In this document: one piece after another, positions 1 through 10,432 of the stretch
How the letters are laid out: every line of letters starts with the position of its first letter
Position numbering within the stretch: position 1 is the stretch's first letter
Assembly (NCBI GenBank): GCA_002753335.1
Contig: PEAD01000006.1
Location: 62,001 to 125,344 of the forward strand
Length of the DNA: 63,344 bases
Source: Nitrospirae bacterium MYbin3
Lineage (GTDB): Bacteria; Nitrospirota; Thermodesulfovibrionia; Thermodesulfovibrionales; Dissulfurispiraceae
Direction: 5' to 3'
Notes under the pieces: model-generated
What the model saw: only the letters and a program-made list of their open reading frames with translations
What the model was told of the DNA's origin: nothing
Databases searched by the model: none
Program-made: the position numbers and the translations under genes

Positions 1-41
1 CTCGATTCTTATGTCGGTAAAACTATAAAGCCTTGCAGCCT

Positions 42-1301
42 TCATTTCCTGACCAATTTTGTTATGAGCACAATCAGCCAAGCCGCTGCGAGAGAGAGGG
101 CGATCAGACTGACGCTCACAATGATATTGTTAAAAAGCGACGGGTCTATAAGAAGCACCGCACCTAGACAGAGCATCATAAGGCCCGACACGAGCTTAAG
201 CACCTGTCCCTGCCATTCAGTAAGCTTTCGCTTTCCGAGAGTCATCGTGAATACAAGAACTATCGATGCAAGCGGTATTACATAGATGACATTGTAGAGC
301 GCCAGATAAAAATAGTATTGAAGCGTTGTAAGTCCATGAAGCGTCAGCACCCTCGTAAAGACCATCGGGAACCCGGCTGTGCAGAAGAGTTCGTATGTGT
401 TTGCGGCTGTCGCCAGAACAATAGTACCGAACAGCATCGACGCTGTTGAAGAGGCTTTTAGCAGCCCTCTCATGCGTTCGAAAAGCTTCGGTTTTGCGCT
501 GTCCGGTATCGAGAGAGAAACACCCTTTGCGAAAAAGAAAAAGTCCTTTATGTTGATTGCCGCTATCACAAGAGCCACCACTCCGGCTCCTACCGTAACC
601 ATTTTCACTTCTCCCATGTATAGAAAGAAGTTAAGCCAAGCCGCCATAAATATGAAATAGATAAAGCCCGAAAAGAAAACGAAGACACCGCCGATTATCA
701 GCATCCTGCTGCGCGTCTTTGCATGAACAAGAATTCCAAGCAGAGTGAACAGCACAAAAAATGCGCAGGGGTTGAAGCTGTCGAGCCCGCCTAAAATAAC
801 GGTCAAGACAGGCAATGCCATCTTTGAAGCGTCAACCTCGCCCATGCCCGGAACATTCACTTTTGTGGACTGCTCGGCGGCGGGGCGTTCGAAAGGTGTT
901 TTCAGTTTTTGAAGAGGGTCCGGGCAGCCTTTTTTAATGCAGGCCTTTATTTTGCTCTCTATCTCTCTACCGCTCGTTTCATCGGAAATATATCCTATGA
1001 CCGGCGCATAATCACCTATAAACGTTGCCGGAATCCCCGAAACTTTCACGCCGTATGCCTCGGCAACCTCGGACAGAAGTTTGGCATTTTCTTTGTCTTT
1101 CCATATCTCGAAATAAACCACCTCAATTTCTGGGTACATGGCGGACATCCTTACGAGGAAAGGCTTTTCTTCAGTGCAGTGGGGGCACCCCTCACCATAG
1201 AAAAAGACAACCTTCACCTTATTGTCTGCAGCATACGAATATCCAAAAATCAAAAAACTAAAAACAAAAACCAAAAGCATTACTGTTTTTTTAATTTTCA
1301 T
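42..1301 (-). CDS. Thioredoxin/glutaredoxin (CPHC) domain fused to a DsbD/CcdA-like transmembrane domain
   Basis: Signal peptide, FYGEGCPHC motif, then multiple TM helices with the conserved NPC and ELFCTAG cysteines. Confidence 0.8.
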   Translation of the reverse strand: MKIKKTVMLLVFVFSFLIFGYSYAADNKVKVVFFYGEGCPHCTEEKPFLVRMSAMYPEIEVVYFEIWKDKENAKLLSEVAEAYGVKVSGIPATFIGDYAPVIGYISDETSGREIESKIKACIKKGCPDPLQKLKTPFERPAAEQSTKVNVPGMGEVDASKMALPVLTVILGGLDSFNPCAFFVLFTLLGILVHAKTRSRMLIIGGVFVFFSGFIYFIFMAAWLNFFLYMGEVKMVTVGAGVVALVIAAINIKDFFFFAKGVSLSIPDSAKPKLFERMRGLLKASSTASMLFGTIVLATAANTYELFCTAGFPMVFTRVLTLHGLTTLQYYFYLALYNVIYVIPLASIVLVFTMTLGKRKLTEWQGQVLKLVSGLMMLCLGAVLLIDPSLFNNIIVSVSLIALSLAAAWLIVLITKLVRK

Positions 1302-2323
1302 ATCGCATTCTCCGGTTCTATAATAAACTTCAGGCCGTCGCCTTCGCCGAGCCTATGCAATGCAACCGGCAGTTCACGCAAGGCGTATGAGCCGCTTATC
1401 AGCCGCTTTACAGGCAACCCTGCACACAGAATCGAAAAAGCCTCTTTAACATCAGACGGACTAAAATGAAATACACCCTTAACGGTCATCTCATCATAAT
1501 GGAGCCTGTGCGTGTCAAAACTTGCAGAGGTTCCGCCTTTCACTCCTCCGAAAAGCACGACGGTACCGCCTCTTCGGGAAAAGTTTAGGGAGCTTTCCCA
1601 AACCGACAACTGGCCTGTGCACTCAAAGACATAGTCCATACCAAGACCTTTGGTGAATTCTTTGACAGCACTATCAAGCCCGTTTGCCTCGACCGCCGAA
1701 TCAGCTCCTAAGCCCAAGGCAAAATCGAGCCGGGGCCTGCTCCTTCCCGATACCATAACCCTTGCCCCCTTGCTCTTTGCCATCAACAGATGCAGCAGGC
1801 CTATAGGTCCTGTCCCTATAATTAACACCGTATCTTCTTTTTTGATTTTAAGGCCTGCCATTCCATGAACCACGCAGGCGAGCGGCTCCAGAAAAGCTGC
1901 CTCCTGAAAGGTTAATCTTGACGGCTTTTTAAAAAAATTCTGCCTAGCTATGTGTTCAGGAATAACCAGATACTCGGCATAAGATCCTAAAACCTTTGTG
2001 CTCATTATGTTTTCGCAGAGGTTATAAAATTTTCTCAGACAATACGGACAGTGCAGGCAGGGCGCGCTGTGCACCCCCATAACTTCATCGCCCTCCTTAA
2101 ACTTTTTAATGCCCTTTCCTGTTTTTGCGATTATGCCCGAAAACTCATGCCCGAAGCGGCCGGGCATCGGGATCATCGGATGGCCGCGCTGAAACGCTTT
2201 GAGGTCAGTGCCGCAGGTAAGCGCAGCCTTAATCTTGACAACAACCTCTCCTTTAGCCGGTTCAGCCACAGGAACTTCTCTGAATTCGATTTTGCCGGGT
2301 TCAGCAAGATATGCCGCTATCAT
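1298..2323 (-). CDS. Zinc-dependent (MDR) alcohol/polyol dehydrogenase
   Basis: CGTD, GHEFSG, structural Zn CxxCxxC...C and GTGPIG Rossmann motifs. Confidence 0.9.
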   Translation of the reverse strand: MIAAYLAEPGKIEFREVPVAEPAKGEVVVKIKAALTCGTDLKAFQRGHPMIPMPGRFGHEFSGIIAKTGKGIKKFKEGDEVMGVHSAPCLHCPYCLRKFYNLCENIMSTKVLGSYAEYLVIPEHIARQNFFKKPSRLTFQEAAFLEPLACVVHGMAGLKIKKEDTVLIIGTGPIGLLHLLMAKSKGARVMVSGRSRPRLDFALGLGADSAVEANGLDSAVKEFTKGLGMDYVFECTGQLSVWESSLNFSRRGGTVVLFGGVKGGTSASFDTHRLHYDEMTVKGVFHFSPSDVKEAFSILCAGLPVKRLISGSYALRELPVALHRLGEGDGLKFIIEPENAI

Positions 2324-2556
2324 GAGCCAAACTCTATCTTGCCGCCGATGAACTGTCCGGCTATCGAAATTAGTATAAAAATCGGTATTAGCCTATAATC
2401 AACCTCAAGCGTAAGCCTGATGATAATCACCAGCGGAACAGGAATATGAACACAGAGCCACCATAGCAAAGAAAATTTTTTTGAATGGTTTCTGATGTAT
2501 CCAAAAGGTATATTCAACACAAAAGCCAGCAGCGTTATTTCAAGAACACTGAACAT
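2320..2556 (-). CDS. Small hypothetical membrane protein
   Basis: 78 aa, three hydrophobic segments, overlaps the next gene (ATGA coupling). Confidence 0.7.
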   Translation of the reverse strand: MFSVLEITLLAFVLNIPFGYIRNHSKKFSLLWWLCVHIPVPLVIIIRLTLEVDYRLIPIFILISIAGQFIGGKIEFGS

Positions 2557-2664
2557 GCTGAAAATTATAGTTCAAGCAGAGCCAATGAGGCAAACGCAGC
2601 TCAGGGCAAACATGCCTATGCTGAAGGACTGCTTAGCCATTAAGGCCGTATGCTATAATTTCTT

Positions 2665-3972
2665 ATGATAAGGTTTCGTTATTTCACCGCCTCTATTTTG
2701 CTGTTGCTTCTCATGATTATATCCCTGTTTTGGTTCTCAAACCATGCGGAAGCAGCTGAAGTCCTTCACATTCAGGTTTCGGGAGTGATAAACCCTGTAT
2801 CTGCCGAGTTTATCGGCAAAGCGGTAAAAGATGCGGGTGAGATGAACGCCGCCTGTCTTCTTATTGAACTCGACACGCCCGGAGGCCTTGATACCTCTAT
2901 GAGGAGCATAGTAAAAGATATCGCGGCATCCAGAGTTCCGGTCATTGTTTTTGTCTCGCCCCGCGGCGCTCGGGCCGCTTCTGCCGGAGTCTTTATAACC
3001 ATGTCGGCGCATGTGGCGGCAATGTCTCCGGGAACTAATATAGGCGCGGCTCATCCTGTTTCTGTGGGCGGCAAGATGGACAATGTGACCTCCGAAAAAG
3101 CTACCAATGATTCGGCCGCATATATTAAAACAATAGCTCAACAGTCAGGACGAAATGATAAGTGGGCCGAAGATTCTGTGCGGAACAGCGTATCTGTGAC
3201 CGAAATGGATGCTGTGAAATTGCGGGTGGTTGACCTTGTGGCGAACGATGTCCAATCCCTTTTAAATGCGGTTGACGGAAGAGCTGTACAAACAGCTGCG
3301 GGTGAAACTGTTCTTAAAACCGCAAACGCAAAAACAATCAAACGTGAGATGGGGCTTAGAAGCAGGGTTCTCGACATAATCAGCAATCCCAATGTGGCTT
3401 ATATCCTTATGCTGCTCGGCTTTTACGGGCTTTTTTTCGAGTTGACGAATCCGGGTGTTGTGGCGCCGGGGGTGATCGGGGCCATCTGTCTTATACTGGC
3501 CTTTTATTCATTCCAGACCCTGCCGGTCAATTATGCGGGGCTGCTGCTTATTATCGTAGGGATAGTGCTTTTCATATTGGAGGTCAAGGTTACCTCGTAC
3601 GGCATGCTTACCGTAGGAGGCGTCTTCTCTTTAGTCCTCGGCTCGATGATGCTTTTCGATTCTCCTCTGCCGTTTTTCAAGGTCTCGGTTTCGCTTATCC
3701 TGCCGACCGCACTCTTTACCGCAATGTTCTTCTTTTTAACCTTCAGGCTTGCGTACAAGGCATACAAAACAAAGCCTGCCACAGGACAGGAAGGGCTTGT
3801 CGGCCTTGAAGGAACAGCTAAAACAGATATCAACGACCACGACGGGATGGTTATGGTTCATGGCGAACTATGGTCAGCTTACTCTAATGAGCCGATCAGC
3901 AAAAATGAAAATGTAATTGTAGAAGAGGTCAGAGGACTCAAGGTTAAAATCAGGAAGATAAACCTTGTTTAA
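2665..3972 (+). CDS. nfeD: Long-form NfeD membrane serine protease (ClpP-like domain, TM region, OB fold)
   Basis: DTPGG, AASAG and TNIGAAHPV motifs; C-terminal HGELWSA OB domain. Confidence 0.9.
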   Translation: MIRFRYFTASILLLLLMIISLFWFSNHAEAAEVLHIQVSGVINPVSAEFIGKAVKDAGEMNAACLLIELDTPGGLDTSMRSIVKDIAASRVPVIVFVSPRGARAASAGVFITMSAHVAAMSPGTNIGAAHPVSVGGKMDNVTSEKATNDSAAYIKTIAQQSGRNDKWAEDSVRNSVSVTEMDAVKLRVVDLVANDVQSLLNAVDGRAVQTAAGETVLKTANAKTIKREMGLRSRVLDIISNPNVAYILMLLGFYGLFFELTNPGVVAPGVIGAICLILAFYSFQTLPVNYAGLLLIIVGIVLFILEVKVTSYGMLTVGGVFSLVLGSMMLFDSPLPFFKVSVSLILPTALFTAMFFFLTFRLAYKAYKTKPATGQEGLVGLEGTAKTDINDHDGMVMVHGELWSAYSNEPISKNENVIVEEVRGLKVKIRKINLV

Positions 3973-5566
3973 AACTACCGAAACCCTTATTGGTGCATTG
4001 TTAATCATATTTATCGCTGCCTTCACCCTCCCCTCCTTTGGATCCGAGAAAAAACCTAAACAAATACTAGCAGACAGATACATCGCTGTTTTTGATCTCG
4101 CTGCCGTGGGTGTTGAAAAAAGAATAGCCCGCCAGCTGACAGAAAACCTCAGGAGAGATCTCGTCTTATCAAATAGATACAAAGTCCTTAATCGCTCCAG
4201 CATGAATAAAATAATTGAAGAGCAAAAGTTCAAAACATCCGGATGCGCTGCCGGTGCTTGTATGATTGAGGCTGGGCGCATATTAGGCGTTCGCACTATT
4301 GTGACGGGGTCCGTAAGCATCGGCAAAAATGCCTATACCATCAAGCTTTCGCTTATAAACACAGAAACAGGCAAGCTTGATATGGCCTATGAAGGCAGGT
4401 GCGAATGCGGTGTTGACGAGCTTTTGAAATCAACAAAAAAGCTTGTAGCCAAGATGCTCGACGAGACGCCTCAGATATATGAAGAACCCGAGAAGGTCGT
4501 TAAGGTGTGGCTGGCGATGAAAAACGGCACCAAGGCAGAAATGATTTTCAACGGATTCAACACCAAATGCGGGGGATACAAAGACGGCGGCATACGTTAT
4601 GCGACAAAAGAAAAAACAGTAGACCTGCCGTGGAAAGAGATTAAATACATAATCCCTGCATCCGGCAAAGGAATGCTTACAAACGACAATGAGTTTCAAA
4701 CTGACTCATTAAAGCCATCACACTGCACCGATGCCGTTATTATTGAAAAGACTATCAGAAAAATAACTGTTCAGGGGCATGAAAAAGATGTGCATGAAGA
4801 TATACGGGCATCCATAAGCGACATTAGAATAATAGCGTTTGCCCAAGAATGGCTGGAAGACGCCATAAAAAAAGAGCAGCAAGAAACAGAAAAACTTGCG
4901 GGTGAATTCGTGTTTGTCAGAGGTGGATGCTTTCAGATGGGAGATACCTTTGGGGATGGAGACAATGATGAAAAACCTGCGCATGAGGTATGCGTGGATG
5001 ATTTTCATATCGGCAAGTATGAAGTAACGCAGGGACAGTGGAAAGCGGTGATGGGCGTTAACCCCTCATATTTCAAAAATTGCGGAGACAGCTGCCCCAT
5101 CGAGCAGGTCAGCTGGAACGATACTCAGGAATTCATACGAAAGCTCAACGAGAAAAGCGGAGACGACAACTATAGACTGCCGACAGAGGCCGAATGGGAA
5201 TACGCAGCCCGAAGCGGCGGCCGACCTGAGAAATATTCAGGAGGCAGCGACATAGAGAGTGTGGCGTGGTACTCATACAACTCAGGAAACAAAACATACC
5301 CCGTAGGGATAAAGCTGCCGAACGGACTCGGGATATATGACATGACCGGCAATGTATTAGAGTGGTGCCAGGATTGGTACAGTGAAAACTACTACAGCGA
5401 AAGCCTGAGAAACAATCCAACAGGACCAAGCACCGGACAATCCCGCATTCTTCGCGGAGGTTCATGGGGCTTTAATGCAAGGACTTCGCGCACAACATTC
5501 CGCCACTGGCATCTGCCCACATACGGCTACTTTGTCGGCTTTCGCCTTGCCAAACCTTCTAAATGA
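3965..5566 (+). CDS. Secreted protein with CsgG/TolB-N-like N-terminal domain and C-terminal FGE-sulfatase (SUMF1, CLec fold) domain
   Basis: FQMGD, YEVTQGQW, RLPTEAEWEYAAR, DMTGNVLEW, RGGSW...GFR motifs. Confidence 0.85.
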   Translation: MFKTTETLIGALLIIFIAAFTLPSFGSEKKPKQILADRYIAVFDLAAVGVEKRIARQLTENLRRDLVLSNRYKVLNRSSMNKIIEEQKFKTSGCAAGACMIEAGRILGVRTIVTGSVSIGKNAYTIKLSLINTETGKLDMAYEGRCECGVDELLKSTKKLVAKMLDETPQIYEEPEKVVKVWLAMKNGTKAEMIFNGFNTKCGGYKDGGIRYATKEKTVDLPWKEIKYIIPASGKGMLTNDNEFQTDSLKPSHCTDAVIIEKTIRKITVQGHEKDVHEDIRASISDIRIIAFAQEWLEDAIKKEQQETEKLAGEFVFVRGGCFQMGDTFGDGDNDEKPAHEVCVDDFHIGKYEVTQGQWKAVMGVNPSYFKNCGDSCPIEQVSWNDTQEFIRKLNEKSGDDNYRLPTEAEWEYAARSGGRPEKYSGGSDIESVAWYSYNSGNKTYPVGIKLPNGLGIYDMTGNVLEWCQDWYSENYYSESLRNNPTGPSTGQSRILRGGSWGFNARTSRTTFRHWHLPTYGYFVGFRLAKPSK

Positions 5567-6846
5567 ACAAGCCTGCCCTTTAGGTCATAGTCGTAAGCCT
5601 CGGTTATTTCTATGTCAACTATCGAGGCTGGTTTCAACCGACGCCCCGGTTTTTCTATTATGACCAAACCATCTATTTCGGGTGCGTGAGAGTAAAGCCT
5701 AGCCAGGGCCACTTCCCCGTCAACTTCGTCAACTATCGCCCTGCAGGTTCTCCCTACCAGCTCTTTGTTCTTTTCGAGCGATATAACAGCCTGACGGGTC
5801 ATTATCTCATCGAGCCTTCTGTCTTTTATTTTCTCGGGGACATTGGGCGCCAACTTTGCTGCCGGTGTCCCGTCTTCCTTTGAGTATTTAAAAACTCCAA
5901 GCCTGTCGAATCTCAGCTCTTCTATGAAGTCAACCAGTCCGTTAAAATCGTCCTCCGTCTCGCCCGGAAAACCTACAATAAAGGTGGTTCTCAGTGCAAC
6001 GCCCGGAATAATCTTTCTGATTCTGCGCATCAGCTTCAGATAATCTTTTCTTGTGCCCCTGCGGCCCATAAGCCTGAGCATCTTGTCCTCGGAATGCTGA
6101 AGCGGTATGTCCAGATAGTTCTGGATTTTGTCCGATGCGGCTATTAACTGCAAAAGCTCATCGGTTATCTCTGTCGGATAGAGGTATAGCAGTCTGATAT
6201 AGAAATCACCCTTTATCGAGATCAGGTCCTTAAGAAGTTCAACGAGGCCATAGTTTTTCAGCTCTTTACCGAAATTCGTTATATCCTGTGCAACGAGGAT
6301 AAGCTCTTTAACCCCGCTTTTTAGATACTCCTCTGCTTCCTGCAGCACCGCTTCAGGACTGCTGCTTTTGAACCTGCCCCTAATCGCGGGTATAGCACAG
6401 AAGGTGCATTTTTTATCACAGCCGTCCGCTATTTTAAGATAGGCGTATGGCGTAGGATTGACTGTTTTGGCTGATTTGGCAGAAACAGACATTTTTTTAT
6501 TTCCTGCATTTTTCTTGCAGTATTCTATTATCTGCACGTCTTCGCCCACGCCGAACATAGCATCTATCTCCGGTATCTCGCTCCGCAATTCATCATTGTA
6601 TCTCTTTGCGAGACATCCAAACACAACCAGTTTCTGCATGCCTTTTTTGAGCTTTGATATTCTAATAATTTCTTCGATCGATTCTTCCTTGGCATCTTTT
6701 ATAAAGCCGCAGGTGTTTACGAGCAGCATATCTGCGGCGTCTTCACCACCGGCAAGTTCAAAGCCTTCACCTGCAAAAGCCTTTGCCAAATGTCCTGAGT
6801 CAGCCGTGTTTTTCGGACATCCGAGCGTTGTTATATGAATCTTCAT
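5527..6846 (-). CDS. rimO: Ribosomal protein S12 methylthiotransferase RimO
   Basis: LGCPKN, NTCGFI, radical SAM CDKKCTFC, APEIDG TRAM domain. Confidence 0.95.
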   Translation of the reverse strand: MKIHITTLGCPKNTADSGHLAKAFAGEGFELAGGEDAADMLLVNTCGFIKDAKEESIEEIIRISKLKKGMQKLVVFGCLAKRYNDELRSEIPEIDAMFGVGEDVQIIEYCKKNAGNKKMSVSAKSAKTVNPTPYAYLKIADGCDKKCTFCAIPAIRGRFKSSSPEAVLQEAEEYLKSGVKELILVAQDITNFGKELKNYGLVELLKDLISIKGDFYIRLLYLYPTEITDELLQLIAASDKIQNYLDIPLQHSEDKMLRLMGRRGTRKDYLKLMRRIRKIIPGVALRTTFIVGFPGETEDDFNGLVDFIEELRFDRLGVFKYSKEDGTPAAKLAPNVPEKIKDRRLDEIMTRQAVISLEKNKELVGRTCRAIVDEVDGEVALARLYSHAPEIDGLVIIEKPGRRLKPASIVDIEITEAYDYDLKGRLVHLEGLARRKPTK

Positions 6847-8009
6847 GCCTCTGTTTCCTGCCTTGTTTTTCTGCTGCCTGCATAAAGCTCGTACTCAAGC
6901 AGCCTGCATTCTATTGCACCGTTGAAAAGCTGAATCTTTCGCTTGGAGCGCAATCCAACTTTTTTGACCAGTTCAAGATTGCCGGTAAAAATATATCCTG
7001 AATAGCCGCCGCATTTCTGCTTGAAAAAATCTCCGATATTTTTGTATGTAGCTTCAAGCTCTTCTATTTTGCCCATTCTTTCGCCATATTCAGGATTGAG
7101 CAGGACAATGCCTCCGCCTTCCGGCACATCTGTTTGCGAAAAATCGCAGACCTTAAATTCGATCAGATGTTCCACTCCTGCTGTTGCTGCATTTTTTTTT
7201 GCTGCCTCGACAGCTTCTTCCCGAATATCGGTAGCGATGATCCTGCCTTGCAGATTTTTTTTTGCCGCCTTTCTCGCGTTTGCACGAAGATTATCCCAAA
7301 AAGTTTTATCATAGTTTTTAAGATGCATAAAGCCGTAGTTGTTTCTCAAGATCCCGGGAGCCCTGTTCAGTCCGGCAAGAGCGGCCTCTATCGCAAGGGT
7401 CCCGCTGCCGCACATGGGGTTGATCAAATTGCGGCTGCCGTCCCATCCGGTGGCCTTGATCACAACCGCAGCGAGCGTTTCCTGCATAGGCGCCTTGAGC
7501 GGTATCTTTCTGTACCCTCGCTTTGAAAGAGGATCCCCTGAGGTGTCGAAATATAGGGAGCAATCGTCGCCTTTCCAATAAATATTTACGACCGTCCTGT
7601 CCTGCTCCGGCCCTGAATCAGGCCTCTGCCCAAGCCTTTCCCTTATCCTGTCCACTATCGCATCTTTGCATTTTACGTTTGCGAAGCGGGAATCCTTGAT
7701 GTCAGGATTGTCAACAGTTGAGGTTACGCAGAGATACCCGTCTTCAGCAATATAATCCTCCCACGCTATCTTTGAAACTTCGCCATAAAGCTCGGCAGCA
7801 TCCCTTGCGACAAATTTCTTAACAAGATAGAGTACGCGCTGACCGGTGCAGAGCAGCAGATTGAGCCTCACGGCATCTTCCATCGTCCCCTCTGTAGTTG
7901 CACTCGCAACCGTCTCGGCAAGAACAGGAAAGCCAAGCGCACGCAGCTCCTCCTGCAAATAAAAACCGGCGCCTTTAGCGCAGGTTATCAATATTCTGTT
8001 TTTCTGCAT
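6843..8009 (-). CDS. rlmL: THUMP-domain rRNA methyltransferase (RlmL-like)
   Basis: LSKRGYR, APMQETLAA, PMCGSGT, NPEYGER motifs. Confidence 0.8.
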   Translation of the reverse strand: MQKNRILITCAKGAGFYLQEELRALGFPVLAETVASATTEGTMEDAVRLNLLLCTGQRVLYLVKKFVARDAAELYGEVSKIAWEDYIAEDGYLCVTSTVDNPDIKDSRFANVKCKDAIVDRIRERLGQRPDSGPEQDRTVVNIYWKGDDCSLYFDTSGDPLSKRGYRKIPLKAPMQETLAAVVIKATGWDGSRNLINPMCGSGTLAIEAALAGLNRAPGILRNNYGFMHLKNYDKTFWDNLRANARKAAKKNLQGRIIATDIREEAVEAAKKNAATAGVEHLIEFKVCDFSQTDVPEGGGIVLLNPEYGERMGKIEELEATYKNIGDFFKQKCGGYSGYIFTGNLELVKKVGLRSKRKIQLFNGAIECRLLEYELYAGSRKTRQETEA

Positions 8010-8021
8010 AAAGCGAAACAG

Positions 8022-8342
8022 CTACTTTAAAAAAGAACAGCAGTAGTCAGCAAGCGATTTTACCTTCATGCTGAATTTTGAGTTTGCAGGAACTTCGAAA
8101 GACTCTCCGCCCCTTATGGTCTTAATTCCTGACTGCCCTTCAATCGCAACATCAAGCTCGCCAGACATTATCTCCATAAGCTCTTTGTCGGCGGTATTGA
8201 ACTCATACTCGCCCGGCAGCATCACACCAAGCGTTTTTTTAGAACCGTCCTTGAAGACAACCGTTCTGCTTGTGACCTTTCCGTCAAAATAAACATTAGC
8301 TTTCTTTACAACATTTACGTCCTGAAATTCTTTCATGCTCAC
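8022..8342 (-). CDS. ppnP: Pyrimidine/purine nucleoside phosphorylase
   Basis: [24 protein letters not shown] and F.VPANS.F signatures. Confidence 0.9.
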   Translation of the reverse strand: MSMKEFQDVNVVKKANVYFDGKVTSRTVVFKDGSKKTLGVMLPGEYEFNTADKELMEIMSGELDVAIEGQSGIKTIRGGESFEVPANSKFSMKVKSLADYCCSFLK

Positions 8343-8546
8343 CTCGTAATTTTTTCAAAAAAAATACGGAACCGTTCGAAACCGTTTATATATATTGCGG
8401 TTTATATGCTACCAGAAGTCAATGGATTAAGAGTTTTTACGATAATATTCTTACTATAGTTGATTTGACAAAAAAATGAGCAACACATTACATTTATAGC
8501 TATAACTTATACGCATAGGAACCTATAAATACTTTGGGAGGCTGTC

Positions 8547-9902
8547 ATGCATGGGAGAGGGATAAAAGCTGTTAAGGTATGCACACTGTCTTTTGTTGCA
8601 ATTTTTATTATTCTGGGGATATACGCTTTTTCGGCAAATAATTGGACAATCGGCAGCGCCGAGGCAGCAGGCTCTTGTGTTACAAGCACCTGCCACAGCA
8701 CTATGGGCAAGGGAAAATTCGTGCATGGGCCTGCGGCTGTGGGACAGTGCGATGCCTGCCATATACAGCAAGGCAGCAGGGGGCAGCATCCCAAATTCGC
8801 GCCTATAACCAATTCCGCCGAGCTTTGCTATAAATGCCATGACCGCCTTGATGTCAAGCAGGGGGTGCACAGTCCGGTAAAGGCAGGCAACTGCACTCTA
8901 TGCCACGACGCCCACCAGTCTTCTTATAAGTTCATGCTTCGTGGCGATGGCCAAAGCCTCTGTTTCAAATGCCACGATAAAAAAATAGCAGGTGGCAAAT
9001 TTGTCCATGGGCCTGTAGCTGTTGGCGGCTGCGCTATGTGCCACAACCCGCACCAGACCGACTATCCTAAAATGCTGAATGCTGTAGGAAATGACGTCTG
9101 CTATATCTGCCATACTGACAAAGCCCAGTCGTTCCAAAACAAAAAATTTGCACACAAGCCTGTAAAAGAAAAATGCATCAACTGCCACAGCCCTCATTCA
9201 GGAGACTACAAGTTCAACTTCAGCCAGGAAGGGTCAAGAGATTTATGCTATACATGCCACAAAGACAAGAAGGACTGGATAGAAAGCGTCAAGGTTAAGC
9301 ACGGCGGTCTCGAGACAGATAAGAAATGTCTAGCCTGCCATGACCCGCATGTTTCTGATTATGTCAAGCAGCTCACAAGAGAACCTGCCGACTCCTGCAA
9401 CTTATGCCATAACAAGCAGCTGACCAAAACTATAAATATGCAGGAATACCTCGAAAAGAACAAAAATTATCACGGACCGATACAGCAGAAAGACTGCTCG
9501 GGATGCCATAACACGCACGGTTCGGACAACTTTAGAATACTCAGGAAATATTATCCTCCTGTTTTCTATGCGCCGTTCGATATCAAGAATTATGAACTCT
9601 GCTTCAACTGTCATGAGAAGACACTCGTGATAGATGCAAAAACCAAAACACTTACAGGCTTTAGAAACGGTGAGCAGAACCTGCACTTTGTCCATGTCAA
9701 CAAGGTTGACAAAGGCCGCACCTGCAGGGCCTGCCACGATGCACATGCCACAAACAATCCAAAGCATATCAGAAATGCTGTGCCCTTCGGAGCATGGGGG
9801 CTCCCTGTCGGATTCTCAAAGACAGCAGGCGGCGGGTCATGCCTGCCGGGCTGCCACCAGAAGTTTGAATACAACAGGGACAACCCTGTCAGAAACAGAT
9901 AG
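8547..9902 (+). CDS. Periplasmic multiheme cytochrome c (~15 hemes, doubled-CXXCH type)
   Basis: Signal peptide; 13 CxxCH plus CVTSTCH (CX4CH) and CLPGCH (CX3CH). Confidence 0.92.
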   Translation: MHGRGIKAVKVCTLSFVAIFIILGIYAFSANNWTIGSAEAAGSCVTSTCHSTMGKGKFVHGPAAVGQCDACHIQQGSRGQHPKFAPITNSAELCYKCHDRLDVKQGVHSPVKAGNCTLCHDAHQSSYKFMLRGDGQSLCFKCHDKKIAGGKFVHGPVAVGGCAMCHNPHQTDYPKMLNAVGNDVCYICHTDKAQSFQNKKFAHKPVKEKCINCHSPHSGDYKFNFSQEGSRDLCYTCHKDKKDWIESVKVKHGGLETDKKCLACHDPHVSDYVKQLTREPADSCNLCHNKQLTKTINMQEYLEKNKNYHGPIQQKDCSGCHNTHGSDNFRILRKYYPPVFYAPFDIKNYELCFNCHEKTLVIDAKTKTLTGFRNGEQNLHFVHVNKVDKGRTCRACHDAHATNNPKHIRNAVPFGAWGLPVGFSKTAGGGSCLPGCHQKFEYNRDNPVRNR

Positions 9903-9922
9903 GTGGAAAGGGGAAAATAGAC

Positions 9923-10432
9923 ATGGCCGGCAAACTAATAATACAGTTTTCGCTTCTTGCCTGCTTAATCTTTTCTCTGTCATTTTCGGCAGGCGCGGCC
10001 GAGGACAGGCAAAAAGCCTCATCTCTTTTGAAAGAAGCTGTGGTTTTATATGAAAAAGGCAATTACGACCGTGCAGCCGAGCTATTGGCAGAAGCCATCA
10101 AAGCCGACGCCAACTACCCTGAACTGCATGACCAGTTGGGCTACACACTGCTCAAGAAAAAAGATTTTGACGGCGCCACAAACTCTTTCAATACCGCGCT
10201 TAAAATCAATCCCCGCTTCCGCACATCAAGGACCGGCATTGGCCTTGTTCAGTACCATAAAGGTGATCTGAAAGGCGCCGAGGAGACACTAAAAGAAGCG
10301 CTCACGCTGAACCCCTATCCTGCAATGACCCACTATGCACTGGGCCTTGTTTATGAAAAGAGTGGGGATTATGAAAAATCGATACATCACTTCAAAGAAG
10401 GCATAAGAACTTTTAAGGGCGGAAAGAGATAG
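9923..10432 (+). CDS. Secreted TPR protein
   Basis: Signal peptide and about four TPR repeats. Confidence 0.85.
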   Translation: MAGKLIIQFSLLACLIFSLSFSAGAAEDRQKASSLLKEAVVLYEKGNYDRAAELLAEAIKADANYPELHDQLGYTLLKKKDFDGATNSFNTALKINPRFRTSRTGIGLVQYHKGDLKGAEETLKEALTLNPYPAMTHYALGLVYEKSGDYEKSIHHFKEGIRTFKGGKR

